Below, piece by piece: positions 46,253 to 55,675 of a stretch of DNA of 58,246 nucleotides (its first letter is position 1; each line of letters begins with the position of its first letter). The position numbers and the translations under genes were made by a program. Under the pieces are notes generated by a model. The model was not told the origin of the DNA. It saw only the letters and a list, made by a program, of their open reading frames with translations, and ran no database searches. The DNA is taken from IMG/VR virus record IMGVR_UViG_3300048586_000912, positions 1-58,246 of that record. One strand, given 5' to 3'. The DNA is from a virus. Lineage: Duplodnaviria; Caudoviricetes.

Positions 46253-46531
46253 ATGGCGCTCATCACCTATTCGCCGTCCGGCACCGGGCCCGGCGCCATC
46301 GCCAAGCTGGTGTGGGCCGCGAGCCAGGCGCTGCTGCAGGCGGCGCGCGACGGCCAGCGCGAGGCCGCCGAGCAGATCGGCATGTGGCTCGCCAACACGC
46401 GGCCCGACCCGCGCTGCACGCCCCGCGTCCAGCGCACCATCGACCGCAGCCTGGAAATCGCCCGCGCCCGCCTCGGCGGCGCCGGGCCGGATTTCCAACC
46501 CATCCAGCCCGACGACGGAGAGGCGGCATGA
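46253..46531 (+). CDS. Hypothetical protein
   Basis: GGAGG SD; in operon. Confidence 0.6.
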   Translation: MALITYSPSGTGPGAIAKLVWAASQALLQAARDGQREAAEQIGMWLANTRPDPRCTPRVQRTIDRSLEIARARLGGAGPDFQPIQPDDGEAA

Positions 46532-46884
46532 GCGCGCCGGACAAATTTCTCACCGACGCGGCCATGGCGATCCCCAAGGAAGCCGCCGCTGCTCTCGGGG
46601 CGTCCGTGCGGCGGGCGTCAGACCTGCTGAATGAGGCGGCCCAAGGCCTCGGCCTCGTGCTCGATGCGCATAATTGCCCTTTGGTCCAGGCCCTTACCGC
46701 CAATGTCTTGGCCGAGATGTCCGGCGGGATGTACGCCCGGGCCGCATGGGTCGCGGCGGCCACCGGCGCCGAGCGGAAGGACGCCATGGAGCTGATCCAG
46801 TCCGCTTTCCTGAAGGGCAAGGAAGAGGCCCTCGACACCATGATGGCCGCCCGGCGCGCCGCTCAAGGGGAAACCATCCAATGA
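46528..46884 (+). CDS. Hypothetical protein
   Basis: ATGA-coupled at both ends. Confidence 0.6.
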   Translation: MSAPDKFLTDAAMAIPKEAAAALGASVRRASDLLNEAAQGLGLVLDAHNCPLVQALTANVLAEMSGGMYARAAWVAAATGAERKDAMELIQSAFLKGKEEALDTMMAARRAAQGETIQ

Positions 46885-47585
46885 GCGCCCGCACCGAAAA
46901 CCCCTGGATCCAGACCGGCACCGGCCGGGCGCTCGACCTCATGGCGCCGACGGCGGCCATGATCGACCTCGACACGGACGTGGCCGAGGCGCTCGCCCGC
47001 GAGCCGCGCTTCGGCGGGCACGTGCGCGGCGGCCCCTACAGCGTGGCGCAGCACATGGTGCTCGGCGCCGACGCCATCGTCGAGCAGACCGGCAGCATCG
47101 AGACCGCGCGGGCGTTCATCCTGCACGACGCGCACGAATATGCCTGCAAGGACATCATGACGCCGCTCGCCAAGGCGCTCGACTTGCGCGTGCGTACCAT
47201 CGCATCGGCGCGGGTGCGGCGGGTGCTGCCGACCTCATCGCAGGACGAGGTGGACCGCATCAGCGTGGGGCTCTTCCACGGCGCCCTTCACGCCCTGAAG
47301 GCCGACCTCGACCGCGCCATCCACGCCGCCGCCGGCCACCCCTGGCCGCTGGCGCCGGAGATCGCCAAGCGCGTGGCCGAATGGGACCTCGCCATGCTGG
47401 CGGCCGAGCGCCGCCATCTGCTCGCGCCTTCGCCGCAGCCGTGGGACCCCGCGGTGGAGGATTGGGCGCCCGCGAAGCTCAAGGGCCGCATCCAGGTCTG
47501 GCCCTGGCCCAAGGCCGCCGACGAATGGCGCGCGCGGCTCCACAGCTACTTCCCCCACCTCGCCGCCGCCAAGCGGGCGGCGTGA
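46881..47585 (+). CDS. HD-domain 5'-deoxynucleotidase (YfdR/YfbR-like)
   Basis: WIQT.TG, RFGGH, YSVAQH, LHDAHE, D..ML..ERR. Confidence 0.85.
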   Translation: MSARTENPWIQTGTGRALDLMAPTAAMIDLDTDVAEALAREPRFGGHVRGGPYSVAQHMVLGADAIVEQTGSIETARAFILHDAHEYACKDIMTPLAKALDLRVRTIASARVRRVLPTSSQDEVDRISVGLFHGALHALKADLDRAIHAAAGHPWPLAPEIAKRVAEWDLAMLAAERRHLLAPSPQPWDPAVEDWAPAKLKGRIQVWPWPKAADEWRARLHSYFPHLAAAKRAA

Positions 47586-47607
47586 CGTGCCCGCCGTCGC
47601 GAACGGC
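47569..47607 (+). repeat. Degenerate copy of the CCCGAGCAG element
   Basis: 3' half GCCCGCCGTCGCGAACGGC conserved. Confidence 0.6.
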
Positions 47608-47627
47608 ACAAACCAAAGGAGAATTCC

Positions 47628-47966
47628 ATGGCCCCGCGCCTCATCCGCAGCTTCTTCCAGGCTGCCGGCCTCATGCACCGCGGCAAGGTGGACGAGCGCC
47701 TCAATGCCGAGATGGGCAAGCTGCTCGAAGCCATCGAGCAGCACCCGGACGAAAAGGTGAGCGGCACGCTCTCGCTCTCCGTCACCGTGACCAAGGTCGG
47801 CGACCGGCTCTCCGTCCTGCCAAAGGTCGAGACCAAGCTGCCGAAGGAGAAGGGCTTCTCCGAGACCACCTTCTGGCTGGTCGACGGCGCGCTCTCGCTC
47901 GAGCACCCCGACCAGGCCGACATGTTCACGCCCCGCGACACCGCCCGCGCGCCCGCCGCCGGCTGA
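47628..47966 (+). CDS. YfdP-like hypothetical protein
   Basis: GTLSLSV...KLPK...FW...G.L..EHP.Q; precedes DUF2303. Confidence 0.7.
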   Translation: MAPRLIRSFFQAAGLMHRGKVDERLNAEMGKLLEAIEQHPDEKVSGTLSLSVTVTKVGDRLSVLPKVETKLPKEKGFSETTFWLVDGALSLEHPDQADMFTPRDTARAPAAG

Positions 47967-48009
47967 ACGCCCCCTCCCCGCGCTCCAGCGCCAACCCGAA
48001 GGACCGACC

Positions 48010-49056
48010 ATGACCGAAGAGACCAACAATCCGGACGCCGAAACGGCCGCTCCGGAGCGGGACGATCGCCCGCATCTTTCCATCGGCACGCTCATCGCCG
48101 AGCGGATCGACCAGAAGTACACGCCCTATTCCGGCGAGCTGCGCGGCGACGCCATCGACCGCATCAAGGCACTGGCGGCCGAGGGCACCGAGCCCAAGCT
48201 GGTGATGATCCCCACCGCCGGCTTCGGCCCCGATCTGCCCTCGCAGGTGCCCGTTTTGTGGGACCGAGCGGCGCAGGAGCCGATCCCCGTCATCGATATC
48301 ATCGAGGACGCCCGCCAGGCGCCTCGGCGCCGCGGCACCGCCAAGGCGACGACCCTCGCCTCGTTCGTGGATCTCGTGAACCGCCACAAGGATTCGGACT
48401 CGGCGATCTTCGCCGCGACCTCCTGGCCCGGGCCGAAGCTGACCGCGGTGATCGACTATCACACGCGCGACGGCGAGGCCCGGCGCGCGGCGCACCGCAT
48501 CGTCTACGACTTCCCCATCACCAAGGAGTTCAACGCCTGGATCCAGGGCGATGGCAAGCCCATGAGCCAGGTGGCGTTCGCCGCCTTCCTCGAGGACCAC
48601 GCGGCCGAGTTGGCGGCGCCCTATGATGCCGAGAAGTCCGAGATCGAGCCGCGCTTCAAGGAGCGCTTCGCGACGCCGGCCGAGCTGCTCGACCTCTCGC
48701 GCGAACTGGAGGTCCACGAGGGCTCGAAGGTCAAGCAGGGCGTGCGCCTGCAGACCGGAGAGCGGGTGGTGGAGTTCACCACCGAGCACACCAACAGCAA
48801 GGGCGAGAAGGTCAACATTCCCGGCATCTTCATCGTGTCGATCAAGCCCTTCCTGGAGGGCGACCGGCCGGTGGAGCCGGTGCGGCTTGTGGCGCGCCTG
48901 CGCTACCGCATCAGCGAAGGTGCGCTGCTCTGGTTCTACTCGCTCTATCGCTGGGAAGAGGTGCTGCGCGAGCGCATCCAGCTCGACCTCCTGCGCACCG
49001 CGAAGGAAACCGGACTGCCCTGCTTCGAGGGCACCCCGGAGATGGCGGCGGCCTGA
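48010..49056 (+). CDS. DUF2303 (YfdQ-like) protein
   Basis: TLASFVDLVNRH, LTAVIDYH, QVAFAAFLED, ARLRYR. Confidence 0.88.
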   Translation: MTEETNNPDAETAAPERDDRPHLSIGTLIAERIDQKYTPYSGELRGDAIDRIKALAAEGTEPKLVMIPTAGFGPDLPSQVPVLWDRAAQEPIPVIDIIEDARQAPRRRGTAKATTLASFVDLVNRHKDSDSAIFAATSWPGPKLTAVIDYHTRDGEARRAAHRIVYDFPITKEFNAWIQGDGKPMSQVAFAAFLEDHAAELAAPYDAEKSEIEPRFKERFATPAELLDLSRELEVHEGSKVKQGVRLQTGERVVEFTTEHTNSKGEKVNIPGIFIVSIKPFLEGDRPVEPVRLVARLRYRISEGALLWFYSLYRWEEVLRERIQLDLLRTAKETGLPCFEGTPEMAAA

Positions 49057-49060
49057 CGCG

Positions 49061-49103
49061 CCCGAGCAGGCGGGCGGCAACGCCCGCCGTCGCAAACGGC
49101 GCC
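49061..49103 (+). repeat. CCCGAGCAG-hairpin element (GCAA tetraloop)
   Basis: CCCGAGCA GGCGGGCG GCAA CGCCCGCC GTCGCAAACGGCGCC, intergenic. Confidence 0.85.
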
Positions 49104-49122
49104 ACGAAAAGGACAGCACACC

Positions 49123-49371
49123 ATGACCTCCGCCGCCACTCCCAGCGCCCGCGCCGAGCACCTCGAGCGCCGCCGCCGCGACGTGGCGGCGGACTATGCC
49201 AAGGCCGCGCGCCGGCATGCCCCGCGCGCGGCCCTCGCCACTCGGCTGGTGCGCGCCACCTGCGACGTGCTGCGCGAGGAAATCCGCGCCGCCAGGCGCA
49301 AGGCCCAAGCCCGCCGCATCGACCGCGAGGCCGAGGCCATCACCGCCGATCTGTTCGGAGAGCGGCCATGA
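49123..49371 (+). CDS. Hypothetical protein
   Basis: AGGA SD; in operon. Confidence 0.6.
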   Translation: MTSAATPSARAEHLERRRRDVAADYAKAARRHAPRAALATRLVRATCDVLREEIRAARRKAQARRIDREAEAITADLFGERP

Positions 49372-49682
49372 CCGACGACCGCGCGCTCTGCGCCGCCCGC
49401 ATCGCGGCGCTGCAGGATGTCTCCTTCCAGCTGGGCGCGCGGCACAAGTCGTTTGCCCGCTCGGTGAAGCACAAGGCGCCGGCCGAGCTCTCCCCAGCCC
49501 AATACGCCCACGTCGCCCGCCTTTGCTGGCGCTACCGGCGGCAACTGCCGGCGCACCTGGTGCCGCCAGCCGATCCGGACGCCGGCCAGCGCGCGCCGCT
49601 GCGGGCCGCCTCACCGCTGGTGGTGGTCTCCAATCCGCCGCCGCCCGACGACCTCTTCACCCTCATGGGGACAAGAAAATGA
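49368..49682 (+). CDS. Hypothetical protein
   Basis: ATGA-coupled; WRYRRQ. Confidence 0.65.
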   Translation: MTDDRALCAARIAALQDVSFQLGARHKSFARSVKHKAPAELSPAQYAHVARLCWRYRRQLPAHLVPPADPDAGQRAPLRAASPLVVVSNPPPPDDLFTLMGTRK

Positions 49683-50794
49683 AGCTCACCGCCGAGCGCG
49701 ACGCGCTCCTCTCCGCCGTCGAGCGGGCCGCCCGCGTGATCGAGCGGCGCAACACCATCCCCGTGCTTGCCACCATGAAGGTGGTGGCGGAGAAGGGCCG
49801 CCTGGTGCTCACGGGCACGGACCTCGACATGGAGGTGACCACCACCTGCCCGGCCGAGGTGGCGCAGGCCGGCGGCGCCGCGATGCCGCTCACCGCCGTG
49901 GAGTTCCTGAAAAAGCTGCCGGCCGGCGCGCAGGTGGAGATCACGTCCGAGAAGGGCCGCGCCACGCTCAAGGCGGGCCGCAGCCGCGCCACGCTCAACA
50001 CGCTGGACGTGGAGGATTTCCCGGAACTGCCCGCCGTGGCCGGCGAGGCGGCCGAATTCCCGCTCGCGGCCTCCAGCCTCGCCGCCATGATCGACCGAGT
50101 GAGCTTCGCCATCTCCACCGAGGAGACGCGCTATTACCTCAACGGCATCTATCTGCATGGCGCCGCCTGCGAGGACGGCCCGCTGCTGCGCGCCGTGGCG
50201 ACGGACGGCCACCGCCTGGCGCTGCACAACATCCTCGCACCCGAGGGCGCTTCGCCCATGCCGGGCGTGATCGTGCCGCGCAAGGCGGTCGCCGAGATCG
50301 CCCGCCTCATCAAGCCGTTGGGCGACGAAAAGGTGACGCTGCGCGTGAGCCCGACGCGGCTCTCGCTGACCGCAGGCGTCACCACGCTGGCCACCAAGCT
50401 CATCGACGGCACCTTCCCGGACTATGACCGCGTCATCCCCAAGGACGGCGAGTGCCGCGCCCTCGTGGACGCGGCGGCGCTGGACGCAGCCGTTGCGCGG
50501 GTCTCCACCGTCTCCGGCGAGCGCGGGCGGGCGGTGAAGTTCGCCTTTGCCGCTGGCCTCCTCACCCTCTCCGTCACCAACCCCGACACGGGCGAGGCGC
50601 GCGACGAGGTGGAGGCCGAGTGGTCCGCCCCGCCGCTGGAGATCGGCTTCAATGCCGGATACGTGGCCGACATCCTCGGCGCTTTGCCCGGCAAGGCCGC
50701 GCGGCTCGCCATGAAGGATCCCGGCTCCCCCTGCCTCATCACCGCCGAGGGCGACACCGCGTCGCTCTTCGTGCTCATGCCGATGCGGGTGTGA
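49679..50794 (+). CDS. dnaN: DNA polymerase III beta sliding clamp (phage copy)
   Basis: ERRNTIPVL, TDLD, STEETRYYLNG, ATDGHRL, LIDGTFPDY, VLMPMRV. Confidence 0.96.
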   Translation: MKLTAERDALLSAVERAARVIERRNTIPVLATMKVVAEKGRLVLTGTDLDMEVTTTCPAEVAQAGGAAMPLTAVEFLKKLPAGAQVEITSEKGRATLKAGRSRATLNTLDVEDFPELPAVAGEAAEFPLAASSLAAMIDRVSFAISTEETRYYLNGIYLHGAACEDGPLLRAVATDGHRLALHNILAPEGASPMPGVIVPRKAVAEIARLIKPLGDEKVTLRVSPTRLSLTAGVTTLATKLIDGTFPDYDRVIPKDGECRALVDAAALDAAVARVSTVSGERGRAVKFAFAAGLLTLSVTNPDTGEARDEVEAEWSAPPLEIGFNAGYVADILGALPGKAARLAMKDPGSPCLITAEGDTASLFVLMPMRV

Positions 50795-50796
50795 CC

Positions 50797-51222
50797 ATGA
50801 AAATCAATCGAACGATGTCCCTCGCATCCGAACCGTTCCTCCTTGAGAACGTGATGATCGGCCTAAGGACAGGACAGTGCGACGGCGAATTCCCGCGCCA
50901 CCGCCCCGACCCAGACGGCCACGAGGTGGTCGCCTATGTGGGTCAATCCATCGCTCCGTTGGGCTTTGTGACCATGTATCCGGTCTCGGACACCCGCCTT
51001 TGGGTAGACCTCCTCTATGTTCTCCCGCCCGTTCGGCGAAGAGGGATCGGCCGGGCGTTGCTGGCGGAGGTCCGGCGGTTCGCCGCGGAGCAAGGGCTGT
51101 CGCGGATCGAGTTCGGCACGCTCACCTCCAATAAGCCGATGCTGGCGCTGGGGCGCGCCGCAGGCTTCGCCATCGAAGGCCACATTCTCGCGGCCGCACT
51201 TGGCCAGTCAGAGGCGGCCTGA
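50797..51222 (+). CDS. GNAT acetyltransferase
   Basis: LYVLPPVRRRGIGRALL acetyl-CoA motif; N..M......GF. Confidence 0.85.
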   Translation: MKINRTMSLASEPFLLENVMIGLRTGQCDGEFPRHRPDPDGHEVVAYVGQSIAPLGFVTMYPVSDTRLWVDLLYVLPPVRRRGIGRALLAEVRRFAAEQGLSRIEFGTLTSNKPMLALGRAAGFAIEGHILAAALGQSEAA

Positions 51223-51225
51223 GCC

Positions 51226-51615
51226 ATGGAACATATCTCCTTCCTCATCGGCGCCTGCGCGCTCGCTCTGTTCCTCGGCATCCTCGTCGGCATCGCCATC
51301 GGCGCGAACGTGCGGCCCGACACCGAATACCAGCAGTGGCTTCGCGGCTATTGCGACGGCTTCCGCCACGCGCTCACGTCCGTCGAGACGGGCCTCGACG
51401 AGATCCCCGCCGCCATGGTCGCCGGGCGCGAGGTGGTGAAGGCCTCGGGCTCCTATGGCGGCCCGGGCATCGTGCGCGGCGCGGCCCTCACCGTCTCCGG
51501 CGAACCGCGCCTCGTGGTCGGCCACAAGCTGGCGGACGGCTTCGGCGAGCTCCTCCACATCTACCGCCCGCAGGACATCACGCCGGCGGAAGCAAAAGAG
51601 GAGGCGGCAGCGTGA
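51226..51615 (+). CDS. Hypothetical protein with N-terminal TM
   Basis: In operon; hydrophobic N-terminus. Confidence 0.6.
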   Translation: MEHISFLIGACALALFLGILVGIAIGANVRPDTEYQQWLRGYCDGFRHALTSVETGLDEIPAAMVAGREVVKASGSYGGPGIVRGAALTVSGEPRLVVGHKLADGFGELLHIYRPQDITPAEAKEEAAA

Positions 51616-51959
51616 ACCACTTTACAGCGATCAACGATCTGTTTGGCGAAGCGCCGACCCGCCGAATTCTCAGGGGTGACAAGAAAAAGAAGGCGGAACC
51701 CGCACAACATATTATCGAATTTCCCGGCGGTGCCATCGAATTGTCTCGCCTGGATGATGGGTCCTATTGGGCTCATATCATCATCAACCGTGGCCAAGCA
51801 CTTTCGTGCCTGAATGGTCTCAACAGCGCACAGGGCCGTGTCGTCGACAGTCGGATTGATTGGGCAGAACGCAGGATGGAGGCCATTCCGGGTCTGCCAG
51901 ACGGGGCGCATCTGACGCAAATCGCAGTCCGGATCATGCCGGAGATCCCCCATGGCTGA
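51612..51959 (+). CDS. Hypothetical protein (AT-richer)
   Basis: GTGA-coupled; IEFPGGAIELSR. Confidence 0.6.
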   Translation: MNHFTAINDLFGEAPTRRILRGDKKKKAEPAQHIIEFPGGAIELSRLDDGSYWAHIIINRGQALSCLNGLNSAQGRVVDSRIDWAERRMEAIPGLPDGAHLTQIAVRIMPEIPHG

Positions 51960-52929
51960 CCGCACCGCCATCGAATGGGCGCAGGCGACCTGGAATCCCG
52001 TCGTCGGCTGCTCGCTGGTCTCGCCCGGCTGCACGAATTGCTATGCCATGCGCATGGCGGCGCGGCTCGAGGTCATGGGCCTGCCGGCCTATGAGGGCAC
52101 GACGCAGCCGAGCGCCGCCGGGCCGGTGTGGACGGGCAAGGTGCGCCTCGACCGGCGAGCGCTTTTCAAGCCGGCCGACTGGAAGAAGCCGCGGCGAATC
52201 TTCGTCAATTCCATGAGTGACCTGTTCCACCCGGCCGTCCGCGCCGAGGACATCCTCGATGTGTTCACCGTGATGGCGGCGGAGGGCCGGCACGAGTTCA
52301 TGGTGCTCACCAAGCGCGGCGACCGCATGCGCGACTTCGTCACCGGCCGCGAGCTGGTGTGGGACATCTACGCCAATTGGTCCACCTTCAGCGGCGGCCC
52401 GGTCGAGGTCTCTTCCTGGCCGCTGCACAATGTGCTGCTCGGCGTCTCGGTGGAAGACCAGCGCCGCGCCGATGAACGGCGCGGGGATCTCGCGCACCTC
52501 GCCGCGCTCGGCTGGCGCACCTTCGTGAGCTACGAGCCCGCGCTTGGCCCGGTGGACTGGACGGGCTGGGATTTCCTCGCCGGCCTCATCTCCGGCGGCG
52601 AGAGCGGCCCGCGCGCCCGCCCCTCGCACCCCGACTGGCACCGCGCCGCCCGCGACTTCTGCGCCGCCCACGGCATCCCCTATTTCTTCAAGCAGTGGGG
52701 GGAGTTCCTGACACCAGACCAGCGCCACGGGATCACCTTTGGCACCGACGCCGAAGGTAAGCCGATAGACATCGGAACCGCGCTTCGTCGAGGGCAAGCC
52801 GTCGCAATAGATGGCTTTTGGGCTTACCGCGTCGGCAAGGCCAAGGCCGGCCGCCTCCTCGACGGCCGCGAGCACAACGCCCTGCCGCTCTCCCGCGAAG
52901 ACCTCAAGAGCCTGAGGATGGCAGCATGA
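51952..52929 (+). CDS. Gp37/Gp68 (DUF5131) three-Cys radical-SAM-like protein
   Basis: TWNPVVGCSLVSPGCTNCYA, FVNSMSDLFH, GGESG, FFKQWG. Confidence 0.92.
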   Translation: MADRTAIEWAQATWNPVVGCSLVSPGCTNCYAMRMAARLEVMGLPAYEGTTQPSAAGPVWTGKVRLDRRALFKPADWKKPRRIFVNSMSDLFHPAVRAEDILDVFTVMAAEGRHEFMVLTKRGDRMRDFVTGRELVWDIYANWSTFSGGPVEVSSWPLHNVLLGVSVEDQRRADERRGDLAHLAALGWRTFVSYEPALGPVDWTGWDFLAGLISGGESGPRARPSHPDWHRAARDFCAAHGIPYFFKQWGEFLTPDQRHGITFGTDAEGKPIDIGTALRRGQAVAIDGFWAYRVGKAKAGRLLDGREHNALPLSREDLKSLRMAA

Positions 52930-53225
52930 GCATCGCAACATGCAAACGCATCGCCAAGCAGGATGACCGCCAAGCCGTCGTGCTCATCACCGTGGCGCGC
53001 GACGGAACCGTGACCGTGTCGAGCTATGGCGAGAACAGGGCAAAGTGCCACGCCATCGGCATCTGGGCGCAGGGCCTGTGGGACCACGCCGTCAGCACCG
53101 TGCCGTTCCGCACCATATTCGGGTGGGGCAACGACGGAACGCCCCTTCCTCTCACCCCCGAAGAGCGCGCCGGCCTCTCGCCTGCCGGGCGCGCCTATGA
53201 CGATTCCATGAGGCTCAAGCCATGA
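52926..53225 (+). CDS. Hypothetical protein
   Basis: ATGA-coupled at both ends. Confidence 0.6.
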   Translation: MSIATCKRIAKQDDRQAVVLITVARDGTVTVSSYGENRAKCHAIGIWAQGLWDHAVSTVPFRTIFGWGNDGTPLPLTPEERAGLSPAGRAYDDSMRLKP

Positions 53226-54235
53226 CCGCGCTCGCCACCGCCCTCTCCGAGGCCCGTCCGGAAGACATCATCGCCCAGGTCGCCCGCCTGCAGGCGGAGC
53301 GCGACGCGCTCCAAGAGGAAAACGCCGCGCTTCGCGAGATCCTCGATCTGAAGAAAAGCCACGAGACCGACCTCATCCTCGCCAATAACCGGGAGGTGGA
53401 ACGCCGCCGCCAGGCCGAGCGCGCGCTGGATGCCTCCTCCTTCCAGCACCGCGTCGGAAAGTGGATGCAGGCCTGCTTCGGCGCGGACATCTCGGCCGAC
53501 CGGCTGGAGCGCGGCGACCGCCTCGTCGAGGAGGTGCTGGAGCTGCTGCAATCGGTCGGATACCCGCCCGAGCGCGTGGTGGCGCTGCTGGCCTATGTGT
53601 GGGACCGGCCGGCGGGCGACCCGCAGCAGGAGGTGGGCGGCGTCATGGTCACGCTCGCCGCCTTCTGCGCCGCCCATGACCTCGGCATGCACACGGACGG
53701 CGAGGCCGAGCTCGACCGCATCTGGGGCAAGATCGAGCAGATCCGCGCGAAGCAAGCGGCAAAGCCCACCGGCTCCGCCCTGCCGAAGGCGGAGCCAGAG
53801 CAATTTGCGTGGCCGCATGCAGACAAGTGGGGCGGCCCATCCCTGCTTAAGCAGGCGCGCGCGCTTTGCGAAGCAATCGAGCGCCTTCCGGGATGTATCG
53901 ACCAGAGTAACCTGATCTCCCTGGCATCTGGTGCGGCGCATGCGCTGCAGGGGCTCCAGATGAAGGATCATTATTTCTGGCACTACCCCGGCTTGAGCGG
54001 GGCCACCCCACCCATGCCCGCGCAGGGATGGAGCCCCACGCACCGGCACGTCAAGCGCGGCTCGACCTATCGGCTGCTGGGCAAGGTGCAGGTGCAGGCG
54101 CCCTCCGACGATCCCCTGACCGACTATGAGCTCGCCTATCTCTACCAGTCTGCGGACGGTCAACTATGGGTGCGGCGGTGCTCCGAATTCGATGACGGCC
54201 GCTTCGAGGCCATCCCTACCCGCAAGGAGGCCTGA
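53222..54235 (+). CDS. Mosaic protein: coiled coil + MazG-like NTP pyrophosphatase + DUF1653-like domain
   Basis: RLVEEVLEL...QEVGGV; HRHVKRGSTY...LWVR...EF.DGRF. Confidence 0.65.
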   Translation: MTALATALSEARPEDIIAQVARLQAERDALQEENAALREILDLKKSHETDLILANNREVERRRQAERALDASSFQHRVGKWMQACFGADISADRLERGDRLVEEVLELLQSVGYPPERVVALLAYVWDRPAGDPQQEVGGVMVTLAAFCAAHDLGMHTDGEAELDRIWGKIEQIRAKQAAKPTGSALPKAEPEQFAWPHADKWGGPSLLKQARALCEAIERLPGCIDQSNLISLASGAAHALQGLQMKDHYFWHYPGLSGATPPMPAQGWSPTHRHVKRGSTYRLLGKVQVQAPSDDPLTDYELAYLYQSADGQLWVRRCSEFDDGRFEAIPTRKEA

Positions 54236-54238
54236 GCC

Positions 54239-54718
54239 ATGGCCCGAATCTATGCCGCTTCCTCGTGGCGCAACCCGCACCAGCCGGAGGTCGTGAAGGC
54301 CCTTCGCGCCGCCGGCCACGAGGTCTACGATTTCCGCGCCCCCTTCAACGGCGTGCCGGGGTTCCAGTGGTCGGAGATCGATCCCGGCTGGCAATCCTGG
54401 CGCGCCGAGGAATACCGGCGCCTGCTCACCACGCACCCGATTGCGGCGCGCGGATTCGTCTCCGATCTGCGCGCCATGCAGTGGGCCGACACCTGCCTCC
54501 TCATCCTGCCGTGCGGGCGCAGCGCCCACCTGGAGGCCGGCTGGTTCTGCGGCCAGGGCAAGCGCTGCCTCATCCTGACGCGCGACGGCGAAGAGCCGGA
54601 GCTGATGGCGCTGCTGGCCACCGACATCTGCGTGAGCATGGAGGAGGTGATCGCCGCCCTTGACCAAGGCGGGCCGATGAACCGCCGGTTGTACGAAACC
54701 CGTTTGCTGGAGGTCTGA
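54239..54718 (+). CDS. Nucleoside 2-deoxyribosyltransferase-like protein
   Basis: IYAASSWRN, DLRAMQWAD, GRSAHLEAGW. Confidence 0.75.
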   Translation: MARIYAASSWRNPHQPEVVKALRAAGHEVYDFRAPFNGVPGFQWSEIDPGWQSWRAEEYRRLLTTHPIAARGFVSDLRAMQWADTCLLILPCGRSAHLEAGWFCGQGKRCLILTRDGEEPELMALLATDICVSMEEVIAALDQGGPMNRRLYETRLLEV

Positions 54719-54721
54719 CCC

Positions 54722-55189
54722 ATGGCCAGCAGCGTCAACAAGGTCATCCTCATCGGCAATCTTGGCCGCGATCCGGAGATCCGCGCCTTCCAGGATGGGC
54801 GGCGCGTGTGCAACATGCGCATCGCCACCTCGGAAAGCTGGCGCGACAAGGCCACCGGCGAGCGCAAGGACCGCACCGAGTGGCACTCCATCGTCATCTA
54901 CAACGACAACCTCGTGGGGGTGGCCGAGAAGTTCCTCAAGAAGGGCTCGAAGGTCTACATTGAGGGCCAGTTGGAGACGCGCAAATACGAGAAGGACGGT
55001 CGCGAGGTCTACACCACCGAGGTGACGCTGCGCCCCTATCGCGGCGAGCTGACGCTGCTCGACAGCCAATCGAGCCGCCCGCCCGGCCCTACCGAGGAAG
55101 ACATGGACCGCGGCCCCTCCGCATCCGCCAGCGCCCGCCCCGCCGGCCAGGCCCCCAGCCAGGACATGGACGATGAAATCCCGTTCTGA
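54722..55189 (+). CDS. ssb: Single-stranded DNA-binding protein
   Basis: SVNKVILIGNLGRDPE...DDEIPF. Confidence 0.97.
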   Translation: MASSVNKVILIGNLGRDPEIRAFQDGRRVCNMRIATSESWRDKATGERKDRTEWHSIVIYNDNLVGVAEKFLKKGSKVYIEGQLETRKYEKDGREVYTTEVTLRPYRGELTLLDSQSSRPPGPTEEDMDRGPSASASARPAGQAPSQDMDDEIPF

Positions 55190-55673
55190 CCGCGCCCGCG
55201 CCTGGCGGGCCGTCATTATCGCCGCGATGATCGTCTATGGCGGCGTGTTCCTCATCACCGCGCTCATCGTGTGGGCGCGAACCGCCCGCGCCGAGCCGAT
55301 CGCGCCCGGCGCCATCCACGTAATCGACGGCGACACCATCGCCGTCGGGCGGGAGCATTACCGCCTCGTGGGTTTCGACACGCCCGAGGCAGCCTCGCGC
55401 GCCCGCTGCCCGGCCGAGCGCGCGCTCGCCGCCCAGGCGACGCAGCGCCTGCGGCGCCTGGTGGCCGCCGGCGGGCTCGACCTCACCGAGGTGGACTGCC
55501 GATGCCGCCCGGGCACCGCCGGCACACCGCGCTGCAACCACGGCCGCCGCTGCGCCCGCCTCACCGCCGCCGGCCGCGACGTGGGCGAACTGCTGATCGC
55601 CGAGAGCCTGGCGCAGCCTTATGTCTACGACCCGGCCCACCCGGCGCCGCCGGCCGACTGGTGCGGGAGGTGA
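55173..55673 (+). CDS. Thermonuclease (SNase-like), membrane/secreted
   Basis: VIDGDT, RLVGFDTPE; N-terminal hydrophobic segment; start uncertain. Confidence 0.85.
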   Translation: MKSRSDRARAWRAVIIAAMIVYGGVFLITALIVWARTARAEPIAPGAIHVIDGDTIAVGREHYRLVGFDTPEAASRARCPAERALAAQATQRLRRLVAAGGLDLTEVDCRCRPGTAGTPRCNHGRRCARLTAAGRDVGELLIAESLAQPYVYDPAHPAPPADWCGR

Positions 55674-55675
55674 GG

